From the NCBI RefSeq assembly GCF_947568905.1, contig NC_079164.1, forward strand, positions 52,948,001 through 53,012,000: a stretch of DNA of 64,000 nt. Direction: 5' to 3'. Shown in pieces: positions 12,790-25,817 of this stretch. Each line of letters begins with the position of its first letter. The stretch's first letter is position 1. Origin of the DNA: Ostrea edulis (taxonomy: Eukaryota). The position numbers and the translations under genes are program-made. Below the pieces are notes generated by a model. The model was not told where the DNA came from, did no database searches, and was given only the letters and a program-made list of their open reading frames with translations.

Positions 12790-12868
12790 GTTGTGGATAT
12801 AATGAGAGTCAACGTTGATAAAGTGCTAGAGAGGGACCAGAAAATTTCAGAACTAGATGACAGAGCAG
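12790..12868 (+). CDS. Syb: Synaptobrevin exon 4: [26 protein letters not shown]
   Basis: atag|GTT...GCAG|gtaag; R-SNARE motif including the zero-layer Arg (VLERDQ). Confidence 0.98.
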
Positions 12869-12889
12869 GTAAGATAAAAAGAGATCTAT

Positions 12890-14330
12890 TTATTACCCCC
12901 TTCCTTGCAAAGTTTGGGGGCATGTAATTGTATATATAGGAGATTTTCTTAGCAGTAGATGCTCATACTTGACACACAAAGATTGCTTATGAGGTGAGAG
13001 TGTCTTGACCCATCAACATGATAAAGAAACTCTAGTTGTAAGTCCCCTACCAGTGAAGCTGAATAGAATTATTGGTTTCCCCTCTGTCTATCACAACTTA
13101 GTTTTCTGGACTTTTTATTACCATGCTGTGATTGGAGTTGCTGAAGTTTACAGATCAAGTTTAGTTTCATCATGTTTGTTGACCAAGTGTTGTTCACTGA
13201 ATACTTGTCAGACATCAAACTTTTTATACAGGGTTCTCCTAAGTAGTAGATGACCCCTATTCATTTTGAGGTCACAAGGTGCAATGGTCAAACTGTACAT
13301 GTAAGATATTGTGTACTCAATATCTTGAGAACGATTTGCTTGGCAAATATCAAACTTAGTACACTGGTTTTACCAAAGGAGAAAGTAACCCCTGTTGATT
13401 TTGAGGTCACGAGGTCAAGGGTCACACTGGACATAGATATTGTCTGCTCAATATCATGAAAACCCTTTGCTTGATGTCATAAAGTCAATAGTCAAACGAC
13501 TCTTGATGTAGGAAGTTATTGTGTACCCATTATCTTGAGAAGCCTTTGCTTGACAGACTTAAAACTATGTACACTGGTTTTACCTAAGGAGTAGATTACC
13601 TCGTTACCAGATTTTGAGGTTCAAAGGTCAAGAGTCAAACTAATGTGGAGTAGGATGATTGTCTGCTTAGTATCTTCAAAAACCCTTTGTGAAACAGACA
13701 TCACACTTGGAACACTGGTACATCATATGGGGTTTTATTATCGATTTTGAGGTCAAAGGTCAAGAGTCAAACTACTCTACCCAAAAGAAAATATTTTCTG
13801 CTCAATATCTTGTGAACCCTTTTTATGACAGACAGACCTGATACACTGGCACTCCCTAAAGAGTAGATAACTTCCAATGGTTTTCAAGTTATAAGGTCAA
13901 ATGCTATAACTCAAATGACTGGTTTTTAGCTCACCTGAGCCAAAGTTAGTGCTTTCATATTATTTATATAGATCATTTCATTGGAAACTATGTTGTTTGA
14001 CCCTGACCTTTGAGATTGACCTTCTCTCAAGAAAACCTTACCTGTTAAGTATCTCCTGAACTACTAAGGGCAGAGCTTTCACATATTGTATATAGATTTC
14101 ATATGACAAGACTTTTCATTTCATAGCATGATCTATGACCTTGGCCTTCTCCAAAACAGCAAGGTCATGTTAGTCATATTGGTGTATGAATTTATGTTCA
14201 GTTATGTTGTGATTCTTTTGGAGTTGGTTTGGTCCACAATATTGGTCAATTTTTTTAATGGGAATTACAAATAGCTGAACAATAGCAGAGCCAAGGTGAC
14301 TCAAGTAGTCTGGCCTTGAGCCTCTTGTTA
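12890..14330 (+). mobile_element. Cluster of degenerate HINE-like elements with tandem core units
   Basis: Repeated gattttgaggtca..aaggtca..caatatcttga units; ttttagctcacctgagc start near 13925; 3' end ggtgactcaag..gcctcttgtt near 14330. Confidence 0.6.
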
Positions 14331-15332
14331 AATTTTGAAATGTCTCCTGAGTATCTTGAGAGATTAAACTTGGGACTATTTTTCACTATCATTACAAATA
14401 TTCTAAATTTAAAGTTGATCCTTTTAAATATTGCCTCAAGGGGGTGGGTGTGTATGTTTCTAAAAGATTTTTTGTTATGAGATTTTGTGCTGAATATAGT
14501 TTTCTTGATTTTTGTCCATTATGCTTTAACTGAGGAAACTCAGATTTGATATGTGGTAATCTAATACGCAACTTCTGAGATATCAGCTCTTCTCTGATGG
14601 AGGTACGTTTAGTGCTCTGTTGAACGCTTGGGTGGGTACAAGATCTATACATATATTATAGACTGGCTATGTAAATAAGGATACAAGTTATGAAAGCGTA
14701 AATTTTGTTTATACCAGCCGTTGGTATACATTAAAGTGACCATATCAAGAATAATATTTGTTTGAATTAGGCCATTAAATTAGATATGAAATCTATTTTT
14801 TATTTCCTCTTCTGCACGAGTGATACTTTAATCAAAGAAAGATGGTGATTATCAAATTTTGCTTGAGCTATTTCATTAATAAATACTCATAAACTTACTA
14901 AAGTTGTGTGTCCCAGCAGTTTGGGTGGTTGCATGATGTCTGGTAATCATCCTTTCAGCAATATATGAAGACTACGATAAACATTTGTACCCACCGCGTG
15001 TGTACGAAAATACATTTTGCGTCTCATTGTGCGCAAGAGTTCAACAATAGGAAAGAACTATTGGGTAACTCGGAAATTGCGTATTAGTAGATACAGATTA
15101 AGTTTCACTTTCATCAAAGTTGACTCATTCTAACAAAAATTGTAAGACTTTTTTGTTTCATGATTGACCAAACTTCTTGTTTTGTGGACTTTTTTTTTTA
15201 CCATGTTTTGATTTAGGAAGAGGAAATTGAAGTATTTGATTTGCTAATGTAAGTTTCATTGCAGTGGACTGATTTTTATAAGCTTTATGGGACTTAATGC
15301 TAAATGTAGTTTTCTGGACTTTTCTCCAATAA

Positions 15333-16471
15333 GGCCATGCCAATTTGTAATCTAGTTCGTCGGATTCGCCGCTTCTATTTGTAACAAATCCAAATTATAA
15401 TATTATCAAAAAATAATATCCGCCCGCGTGTTCAAAAATATCCATAAATATTTTTTTTTAGTTTTTACAACAAGCGCACAAATAACCTTGATGTATATGC
15501 TGACAAATGACAGAAGCGCGGGCTCTCGAGAAATTTCCTAACAGGGTTTACGGTTAAGTTATTCATGATGTCTATCTTAATATGTACGATACTTCATAAC
15601 ACTGGATTGAAAGTTGTTCCTTATGCTGGAATCGAACTGGAAGCTGATGAAACTTTTGAAGCACTATTCGATGCCACTATTTAGAGAACATTGATAGCGT
15701 ATGATTGATTGTTTGATTAGCCTATATATTGACTGAAGTCTCTCTTGAGAATATTTCACTCACATGAAGACGTTACTATTGCCGGTGAAGGGCTGCTAAA
15801 TTTAGGCCTATGCTCAGCGCTTATGGCACTGAGGGATCTTTATCGTGCTACACCTGCTGTGACAAGGATCTCAGTTTTTGCAGTCCTATCTGAAGGACCG
15901 CCCCATTTATTCGCCTCTTACAACAAGCAAGGGGTACTGATCGATGACTATTTTAAACTGTACCGACAGTTAACGACAAATTCACAAAATTCAAGAAAAT
16001 GCTCAAAGAGATGCAATGGATATTGCATTTGCAATGAATGTCAAAACTGGATGTGTCCCAAGCAATATGCATATCTCTGAATCGAAAGTTTGTAGAAATG
16101 AAATTTAAATAAAATTCTTCAAAAAGACCTTATCAGTTAATGTTGCAAAGTACATGTATTAAGTATGAAGAAAATAAGTCTTTGAAACTTGAAATACTTC
16201 TTATTTATTGTAAACTATATCAACAAAGTTGAAAAATATTAAGTTTATGTGGTAAACAAATGATATCTGATGATTTTAGATCTTTATTTTTAGGCGCTCG
16301 CTTTTTAAAATCACACTTAATTCAATTAAAAATATTTATATTTCTTGTATTCGCTCGCCTCATAATTTTTATCTCCTAAATTAAAAATAATATTTGTAAA
16401 ATAATTTCGCCCTCTCGCCTCACTTTTTTTGTTTGAAAATCCGAAGAACTATTTTACAAATTGGTGTGGCC
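15333..16471. mobile_element. PIF/Harbinger-like non-autonomous element with nested sequence
   Basis: Ends GGCCATGCCAATTTGTA / TACAAATTGGTGTGGCC flanked on both sides by TAA (15330-32, 16472-74). Confidence 0.55.
15702..15940 (-). mobile_element. SINE, 5'-truncated copy of the 46529-46860 family
   Basis: Reverse complement aligns to the body and (caat)n tail of 46529-46860. Confidence 0.75.
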
Positions 16472-16519
16472 TAAGCTTCAATTTAAAGAAACTGAAATGT
16501 GATATATGGTGCATAGATA

Positions 16520-17006
16520 CATCTTCACAAGTCAAGGGTTATTGATTTGTTACATCGCACTAACCCTTGACACCAGTCGCTATATAAAAGTTGGGCTCAT
16601 TAGACCATTACACAATCCACTATAAATAAAACATCCAATGAAATCACTGCATCTTGTTATGGTGTACATGGATACAAATGACGCGATCTCATACTACTCT
16701 TTTGATAAACGCTCGCAATTGTAATATTTACACCACTAATTACCTTTATTGATAGTAGATCAAGTTTGGAAACTTGTTTGCTTAAAGACAATATTGCTTA
16801 AATGATTGAAATAATCATAACTGTAGGTATCAATACACATGTTTTTATTTGAATCTTTCATTTCGCGCTGTTATAAATAGAACCGCATTCTCATTGGTTC
16901 CCACTCTTTTGTGGAAACAATCAGAAAGAGCCCAACTTTTTGATAGTCAGTGATGTCAAGGGTTAGTGTGAGGTGACGAATCAATAACCCTTGACTTGTG
17001 AAGATG
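16520..17006. mobile_element. MITE with ~65-bp TIRs and a 9-bp target duplication (Mutator-type)
   Basis: catcttcacaagtcaagggtt(t)attgatt... is inverted at both ends; flanks are GCATAGATA (16511-19) and GCATAAATA (17007-15). Confidence 0.8.
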
Positions 17007-17185
17007 GCATAAATACAAATTAAGGTAGATCTCTACTCCAAAATTTTATTACTAATGACTATTTAAAGATCTCATATGAAGTATGATTTCACCAAGGAAA
17101 GAATGATACATTCCTAACCGTAAAGCCCAATTCTTTCTGTCTGTTTTTAATAATTTTGATAATTACCTGTAATTTGTATGAACAG

Positions 17186-17265
17186 ATGCACTGCAAGCTG
17201 GGGCATCACAGTTTGAAGCAAGTGCTGGCAAACTGAAGAGAAAATATTGGTGGAAGAACTGCAAG
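17186..17265 (+). CDS. Syb: Synaptobrevin exon 5: (D)[26 protein letters not shown]
   Basis: acag|AT...AAG|gtaat; SNARE C-terminal half and juxtamembrane KRKYWWKN. Confidence 0.98.
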
Positions 17266-18092
17266 GTAATATGATAACATTGCTAAGGTTTTCATAGATA
17301 TTGCTAATGAAGTAATAAAGAATTACAGATTTTACATAGATTTTATGAGAACACAGACAGTAGTCTTCACGAAAACTCAATAGCCTGAGGCTAGTTAGAA
17401 TTTATCTGGGCTAGTGGAAATTGTCACAAAAGTAGCTCGATGAGCTAGCAAAAATATAAATAGTAAATTGATCTTATAGAAATTTTATCAAAATAAACTG
17501 TCTGAATTAGCTTTTCCTTTGTTTACCTTTTCATTATGATGCTTGTTACTTTGAGACTTGACATATATGTTTGAAATCATTTTAATGAATATGATGATAT
17601 CCTTGACCTTCAAAATCACACCAAAATGAAAAAAGAAAGAAATTACTGAAAAAGAAACTCAAAGTAACTGAGTAAGCACAAGAAATATGAGAAGAGTTTG
17701 AGACGCAGTGCCTAAAGAGGCAGTGTTTAGAAGATGAAATTGAAATGGAATAAAATGATGAACATTAATTTTGTCAAAGCCACTGTTACTGGCTAGTGGC
17801 TCAGAAAAGTTTTTGTGAAGACTGAGACAGGTTTAGTTTAGTTGTACAAAATTTATTTATAATGATCAACATTTTACAATAAACATTCATATGTGAAGTG
17901 CATTAGAAAATAAGCCAAAAGGCTTATATTAATGCTACTCTCCAAAGGCAGGTTTCCAAATACAATTTAAAATTTTGGGTCTGACCCAGCTGGAATCAAA
18001 CCTATGAACTACATTTGTACAACAAAGTGAATGATTATATTTACTTCCCATCAATAGAATGAATCTGAGGTATTGTGTAAAAAAAATTGCAG

Positions 18093-18144
18093 ATGATGAT
18101 AATATTGGGCGTGATAATTGCTGTCATAGTAATTATTATAATTG
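18093..18144 (+). CDS. Syb: Synaptobrevin TM exon 6a (52 nt): MMIILGVIIAVIVIIII
   Basis: gcag|ATGATG...ATTG|gtaagt; in frame after exon 5; classic VAMP transmembrane start MMIILG. Confidence 0.92.
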
Positions 18145-18681
18145 GTAAGTTCAAAAAGAGACTCTTTGTAAGTGTACTATATGTTGAATCACTTGTTTTG
18201 TTAGTTTATGTAGTGATTAGCAAAGTCTAGTATTATTTTGGTTATACGTGTACTATACAAAAACCTACAGCATGATATAGTTTTTGTCCTGTTCATCTGT
18301 CTGTCTTTGGAAAAAATTATAAATTTTAAGATATTAATGAGAGGACTTTTTATATTTTATGGTCAACTGACCTTGACATTGACCTTTGACTCACTTATTA
18401 AAATTTATAGCAATTCTTATAACTTTTAAACCAAGACATGTAGAGAGAGGGTGTTGCCATTTAGTGGGTATAATCCTTTTGATAAGGCTCTTCCAACCAT
18501 GCCGTTTTTGACTATGTTTTCTAAACACTAATTGTTGACGCACTTTAAAAAAAAAAAAAAAAAAATTGTCATATTGCTTGAAACTTTTGAATTATAAGAG
18601 AGAGGTCTTGATAGTCCTTGTGACAAGGTTTTTCCAGTGGTACCTAAGATCCTTATTTTAATAACTTTAACATAGCTTCTA

Positions 18682-18980
18682 AATTTCTCACTCATATTGA
18701 GACATCACCAGCTGTAGGTGAAGTACCACAATTTTATACCTATGCTTAGTGCTCAGGGCCATAGCAGTGAGGGTTCTTTATCGTGCCAATGCCTGCCATG
18801 ACACAGAATCTCAATTTTTAAGGTCGTCCAAAAGACCCATGATTTCCACTTCTAAATGCCTAACGTCTGGCCAAGGAGCTATCACTGCCTATGTTTTATG
18901 CTGTCATTGCACGAGTGGGGTTTGAACTGATGACCTCCCAATTACAAAGCGAACACTCTACCACTGAGCTACAGTGACTG
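18682..18980 (-). mobile_element. tRNA-derived SINE, near full length, diverged
   Basis: Minus strand reads gtagctcagtggtagagtgttcgc...gttcaaacccc (A and B boxes) followed by a body homologous to 46529-46860. Confidence 0.8.
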
Positions 18981-20548
18981 AAAAGCTTTGATATTTAGTG
19001 TAATCTTTGTGATAATTAGGGCTGACTTCATACACATTTGACTACTTTAATTAGCAACACCATGAAAATATGAATGGTAGGCTCGAAATTTACGTATTTT
19101 GGTTTCACACCATAATTGAATAGCAGAAAATAAAACATGAGAATAAAAATATTCAAGATTGGTTTTAACCATTGTGTTATAAGTATATATATAAAGAGGG
19201 GGGAAATCCTGTTCAGTGTTGACACTTACTACAAACTAGCCTATATCAAATGTGATGAAAATAAAAACTAAATTAATGTTTTTAAAAGAAAAATGAATAC
19301 AATTAAATCACATGGAGTGTAATTTATTCCCGTGATTTCTCAATTAAGTCCAAAAGAGTGAGAAAAATTTATATAGAGTTATATGAGGAGGGATAGTATA
19401 TTTTAACTTTTGACCACATAAAACTTTTATGTCCCTCATATTTTAGAATATTACTTTTTACAATCAAACTAAAACAAAAAAAAATTATAAACCCATGCAT
19501 CTATTTTTTTTTGTGTATCAAGTGTCCTTGAAATATTAAAAACTAGATTCTAATTATGAATAACATGCCATGTATTGCATCTTTGCATACACGTATAATT
19601 ATTTAGTCATAATATTTCCATTTTCCAATGTTTTGCAAGCAATAAACCAAACATCAACAAAATTCTCAATAAAAACATATGCAATGCTGACACAAGATAT
19701 ATAGTAGACAGATTTGACACACAGATGACATTTCAAACTGACATGAAATTCTTTATTTATAGATAGATATAAAGGAAGAAATGTCTGATTGTATCATGAA
19801 AGACGTTAAAACTGTCCATATGGAAATTTCCCTTTCTTTCATTGTTTCTATATCCCCCATATCATAAGGAAATGAGATATATATTATTCCTTAAGTGTAT
19901 TGGATAAAAATTAATGGCATCAATAAATTATATTATCAAGGGGAGGGGGGAGGGGTAATTTCACCTCTACTTTTGATAGAAATCTTTAATTACAATCATA
20001 GGTTGTTGTTTTTTCACAAAGGCATTCATGTTTTTCAAATACATCTTGTTTTGAATGAATAATTTTGGAAGTCTTTAAAAATTACATGTGACCAAAAATT
20101 AGATATGATTGTTGTTCATTTCATCAGTGTGTTTTTCCATTTGTATTATATAATTTTAATTTCTATATTCTTCTTTATTTTTAATGTGATTGAAGACCAG
20201 ATTGTGAAAAAGCCTAAAGTTAAGAACTGATTTATCGATCCTTTTAACTTTAAGATTTAGAGTTCAGTATGGAGTGAAGCTCAAGAAAATTCAGAATGCA
20301 TATTGAAATCTGTGGACCTTGTATTGGTACATGTATTTGTAACAGTGCAGTATGCCTTGATTCAGTGTTACCACACGCTGACTTCAGCACCATACAGTAT
20401 TCACAGTAGTGCAGTCTGCTATCAATTTGCTCTCCTCACACAACTCAAAAGGGTTAAATTTAATGTTTTTAAGATCATACTGGTTAACAAAAAGTATTGT
20501 TATTTGAATGTGTAGACCTTGAAATACATACTACTTTTGCTTTTGCAG

Positions 20549-20562
20549 TCTGGTCATTTTGA
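20549..20562 (+). CDS. Syb: Candidate terminal exon 7a: (V)WSF*
   Basis: Strong acceptor cttttgcttttgcag|TCTGGTCATTTTGA; phase 1 matches exon 6a; reachable only from 6a. Confidence 0.5.
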
Positions 20563-20635
20563 GTCCTGTGTCTTCATTTGATCTTATGTTTTTGTGCACC
20601 AGTGTATTTGTGAACACTTATTTGTTTATTTCCAG

Positions 20636-20687
20636 ATGTGGTTAATTCTTATTGCAATAATTGTTATTATAATCATAATAATAGTTG
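20636..20687 (+). CDS. Syb: Synaptobrevin alternative TM exon 6b (52 nt): MWLILIAIIVIIIIIIV
   Basis: tttatttccag|ATGTGG...GTTG|gtaagt; same length and phases as 6a; fully hydrophobic. Confidence 0.8.
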
Positions 20688-21380
20688 GTAAGTAAATTTT
20701 TTTGTTAATTGAACAGTTTTTAATAGCACTAACTGATAATCATGAGGATCCTTTTGTTTTTCATTTCAAAATGCATGTGATGTTCACAGAAATGAAAATA
20801 AGTTGTTGACTGATGCCAAACACATTAAAAATTTTATTCAAAGTTACATTAAAAATGGCATATGTCATGAGTAATACAATGTTTGAAAAAAATGAAAGGA
20901 TCCATCTACCCTCAACTTCATGCTGGCATGGGAGAAGGTAACAATAGTAGCACATTGTAACAATTTGTCATATCATTTTAACCAGGACACAATTACATGT
21001 ATATATCTTTTCAAAAAAAACTTATCATAATCAAGGCATCTTGAAATTCTTTGTAATAATTCTGGTGACTAGAGAAGACTGCATTTTGATCTCTTGGAGT
21101 TCTCAACCTCTCCAATTATTAAAGGACTGTTTTAATTGTTTCCCTTATTAAACAAAGCAAATTACTCTTTTGATATCTCAAACTACTAATCTCTCAAAAT
21201 CGTCCTTCCCTTTCAGTATTAACCATGTTCTGTTATGAATATTTTATTATTCATTCACAATTCACTCTTGATAACTTGAGGTACTGTTGTTATAAGAGAC
21301 ACTTCATTATATGCAATGCAAATCTATACTTGTGTATGGTAACCAATTATTGTTAAAATGATTATAATCTAATAAGGTTA

Positions 21381-21774
21381 GGCCAATTCAACTTAATTAA
21401 TAGATTATATAACAAAGATAAACGAGTCCCCCCCCCCCCCCCCCCCAACAGATGCGCATCATTTAATGCCAGATGGATATCAATCTATGCTATTTTCACA
21501 GATTAATTCCAGGTTAAGCTTTAATTTCAAACAGAAATATACCTAACTTCTTCAAGATTTACACCTGTAAGAATGCGAGAAATTAAGAAAACTATGATAT
21601 AGATCTATTTTCTTCACGTGGCTATACCGGAAATGTAAACAAGAAGTGTAAATACCGGGGTCGGACATGAAATATTCCGAAAATCGCAAGTTTCGCAAAA
21701 TAAAAAAAATCGGGGTGGGCCAATTTTTGAGGGGCGGGCGGGGATGATAATCTATCAATTAAGTTGAATTGGCC
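21381..21774. mobile_element. PIF/Harbinger-type MITE
   Basis: Perfect 18-bp TIR GGCCAATTCAACTTAATT; TTA on both flanks (21378-80, 21775-77). Confidence 0.85.
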
Positions 21775-22588
21775 TTATGTGATAATTTATAATGAGATGT
21801 CATTCATGGGAATTTCATCCAAGGGTACTACCCTTCTTTTGCCAATTAAGAAATAAATTTCATTATAATTATATTTACATTTTACTTTCATTTCTGTCTG
21901 AAATCCTAGTCATTAAATAGACGTTCTTATCGAGATTAATATGCTCATTGTTCACAAGCAGTGCATTCATGAAGAAATGTCTATCATTACAATCTGTAAA
22001 GATATCAAGGCGAAAACATTGGAAATATAAATATTTTAGTATGAAATTTCTGAAGTAATCAACAGTGAAGTCTGCAAAAGTGTCATTTTTATGAAGCTTA
22101 AAAGAACATGATACATACTCAGGTTTTAGGTCTACTCAGGGTCAGTCAAGTGACCTCCTTTTGTAATTGTTTTGTCCATCATGTGAACATATTCAACTTC
22201 TCAACAAATTTTTACAAGACTGTATTATGATATTTGGGATACTAAGGAACATAGCATTGTTAATTTTGTGGCCTCTATAGGGACAGACCTGTAACTTTCA
22301 CTTTTGATGCCAGGCACTAAGGGAAGGAACAGTCACTATCTATGTTAAACACGTTTAATTTGACAAATCGCTCGGATTGATCTTTTTTATCTATCAAACT
22401 TGGTGCATAGTAATAATGACAGAGGAGAAAATCTACTATTCATGTCTTGTAGGTTGGGAGTGTTGATTCTAGGGCAGGGTACTGTGATTCATCGAGTAAA
22501 TATAATTTCTTGTCCCTAAAGAGTCGAGATTTCCAACCATAGGATAGGGCTATATAGATCATTTAGTGAACAAAACATTGAGTTTCTT

Positions 22589-23862
22589 GTTCACATGAGC
22601 TGAAAGCTCAAGTGAGCTATTCTGAGCACCTTTTGTCTGTGTGTGCGTCCATAGATCTGTCTATCCGTCTGTAAACTTTTAAACATTTTTGAATTCTTCT
22701 CCAGAACCACTAGGCCAATTTTAATAAAACTTGGCACAAATCATCCTTGGGTAAAGAGGGCTCAAGTTTATTCAAAGGAAGGGTCATGCTCCCTACAAAA
22801 GGAGATAATCAAGAAAATGCAAAAATATGTTGGGGTCATTTAAAATTTTTCTCATGAACCATTAGGCCAGAAAAAATGAAGCTTGTGTGAAAGCTTCCTG
22901 ACATACTGTACAAACCATGGCCCATGGGGATAGGATGGGGCCACACTAGGGGCATCAAAGTTTTACTCAGAATATATATGAAAAAATCTTCTCAAGAACA
23001 GCAGGGTCATGATTGGTCATATTAATATGCAAGCACCTTCAGGCAGTGGAAATTTAAGTTTGTTCAATTCAGGATCCCCAGGTTAGGATGGGACCACATT
23101 AGGAGATCAAAGTTTTATATGGGAATATACAGGAAATTGATTAAACAAATTCTTTTAAAGTGTACTAGGGACACACTATTATATCAAAATGCAAACATTC
23201 CTAAGTTGTGTGGGTGCAAGATTTTATGCCCTTGATACTAGAGTACCTTGTGATTTTGACCTTGTAGTTTTAACTAACTTTTAAGAAAACCTAACATAGA
23301 CACTATCTCGTGAACTATTTAAGGTAGGGCTTTCATATTTTGTATATAGATTCCTTATTGCAAGACCTTACATTTCATACCATCATGATCTTTGACCTTG
23401 TGACCTTGCCCTTAGAGTTTGGCATATATTTCAAAACTTTGACAAAACTTAACCTTGCTCATAACTTTTGAATGGTGAGTGATATATCTTTCATGTTTTA
23501 TGTAAGAATTTCTTGTGACAAAATCTTTCTTTTGGTACCAAAGTTTGACCTTGTAAGTTTGATCTTGGATTTTGACCAACTTATAAGAAAAGTTAACCTA
23601 GGCAATATCTCATGAACTTTTAAAGGTAGCTAAGGCCATCATATTTTGTATATAGATTCCTTATGGCAAGACCTTACATTTCATACCATGATCATTGACC
23701 TTTTGACCTTGTATCACGGTTATGTGATCTGTAGGGCTAGGTTGGGCCACAATATGGGGTCAAAAATATTTCATGGGAATAAAGATTTTAAAAAATCTTT
23801 AAAATACAACAGCTGAACAACAGCTTACTCAAGTGAGCGATGTTGCCCACTGGCCTCTTGTT
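22589..23862 (+). mobile_element. Composite HINE/pearl-like element
   Basis: 5' hairpin (tgagctgaaagctcaagtgagc), tctgt tract, mixed core units, 3' gtgagcgatgttgccc..gcctcttgtt. Confidence 0.75.
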
Positions 23863-24593
23863 TAAAATTGTCTCCCTTTACTGAAGATGTAGCAAACAAA
23901 GTAAGAGGTACATACAAGATTTAGATGATGTGGAGGAATCACCATTCTGTTTACAAATCCATATGCAGACCTTCCCTTTCACTTTGCATGTAGGCAACAA
24001 ATTTGTAATAAAGAGACCTTAGAGTTTTGTCTTAACGTAAAGATGGCTTATCACAAAAAAATGAGGCCCATTCCTTTCTCACAGAGTTTGAAAGATTGCA
24101 CCATCAACATTTCCTATATACATAGTACAAGGTTTTTGTGAATGATGAGTATTCACAAACTCTGGTGACTGAAAACTAAATGCAAAGTCAAGTAGAGCAG
24201 GGAGGCCTTAACCAAAATTGTAAATTTCATGATCCCTGGGGTAGGGGTTCTGACTCCAGGATGGTGCCTATTGATTTGGGGGGGGGGGGGGGGGGGTGAA
24301 AATTCTCTCCTGTCCTTTTGCCCACTGTATTTTACAAAATGACTAATAAAATTAAATAAATGTCCACTTCTAGTGCTTCAAATGTAGTGTAAAAAAATTT
24401 CATATAGTGAAAGTGTCTCTTGAAATTTGTTGATTTTTGGACCCTTGCAAACTAGAATGATGCATCTTTTGAATTTTTTTCTGAAGTTCTTGAGATGTTG
24501 AATTTTTTAGAGTCACATGTAATGGCTTTATACTAATCTAATCATACTTTCTTTTGACAATGAAGTACAATTTTGTTTCATTGCAATCTCCAG

Positions 24594-24619
24594 CTTGGGT
24601 GGCCTCTACTTATGGTTAA
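24594..24619 (+). CDS. Syb: Candidate terminal exon 7b: (A)WVASTYG*
   Basis: ctccag|CTTGGGTGGCCTCTACTTATGGTTAA; phase 1; similar to 7c. Confidence 0.6.
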
Positions 24620-24901
24620 TCAACAGAAGTAAGCATCTTCGGTGCTCACTGTAGTAATGTTTATATGTAGTGTGTAGATGTAATGTTTACATGTAGTGTG
24701 TCTGGAACGTGTCAATTTCATGCTATCTTTATAAAGGCTGTTCATAACCCCATCCCCCAACCCCAAAACTGGGTTTTCATGAATAGATCATACCAGAATT
24801 ATTTTCACCTGATGTTGTAGCAAATACAGCTGTTATTATAGATGATGCTTTTACTATAAACTGTGTATGTTGTTAAAAATGCTATCCTCTAACTTTTACA
24901 G

Positions 24902-24930
24902 CTTGGGTGTATTCAAAATATGGTGGCTAA
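24902..24930 (+). CDS. Syb: Candidate terminal exon 7c: (A)WVYSKYGG*
   Basis: ctctaacttttacag|CTTGGGTGTATTCAAAATATGGTGGCTAA; branch-point-like CTAAC; phase 1; similar to 7b. Confidence 0.6.
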
Positions 24931-25202
24931 AGGTTGTTCTGTGTGTTGTGTACTCAATTTTTCATTCCTTTTAGATGGATTCTTTTATTTTGTCTGTTTT
25001 CATGTTATCATGTACAGATTGCTTGAATTTTCCTTGTTTTAGGTCTCTGCACCAGTTCATTTTCTTATTCTGGGGCACTCATTGTTTTAAGCATTTAAGG
25101 TGGACCAATACTTGATATTTTATATTTGCAGTCATGCTGAATTAGTTTTCTTACAGAGATACACATCCTTGTAAATGGATAAACCATTAAAGTTTATATT
25201 AA

Positions 25203-25718
25203 AAGGACTGATTCACGATTTTTCTCCAAATTTTGTTTTTCACTTTAAATGATCAAAATCTACAGTCTGATATGTTTAAAAGGTTTCACAAAAAAATTAA
25301 GGTTATTCATCATGACAGAAGCTCATTATACAGAGTTTATCATTTGTTTTGAAAACAAAGATTGAGGTGTGTTATTGTTTACAGGGTTTTCAAAATAAAT
25401 GGATATTGATCCAAGTTTACCATATATATCACATCTCAAGTATACTTTAGGTAAAATGTGTCACTTAAAAGTTAAAATTAGTGATTGTACAAAATGAAGA
25501 TGCTTTAAATTACAATATTAATGTTTCACTGGTTTGTTTGTTTACATAAAAAGAATCCAGTCTTTGTTTACATAACAAAGAATCAAAGCTAAAATATTGC
25601 TCTTATCCTTACATTCAGAAGGTCCAAATTTTGGTTGTCAACATTAAATGAGCAATATTTTTAATTTTTAACATCAATATTGAAAAACATTTCTTTCGAA
25701 AAAGGTGAACCAGTCCCT
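25203..25718. mobile_element. TTAA-flanked TIR element (Kolobok- or piggyBac-type, non-autonomous)
   Basis: aaggactgattcac / gtgaaccagtccct ends, each flanked by TTAA (25199-202, 25719-22). Confidence 0.7.
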
Positions 25719-25817
25719 TTAAGTCATACAATTTTTTTTTTTTACACTAGTCCATGATAACTTAAATATGTACACTCATGACTTCTGTTGAATTTCAAGA
25801 AATATTTATCTTGCATT

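Noticed and set aside
15990-16070. Cys-rich peptide CSKRCNGYCICNECQNWMC resembling a transposase C-terminal finger
   Set aside because: Too short, with no adjoining transposase sequence; the ORF upstream is an antisense SINE.
21000-21370. Possible highly decayed LINE C-terminus on the minus strand
   Set aside because: Only scattered motif-like residues with many stops; not supportable by eye.
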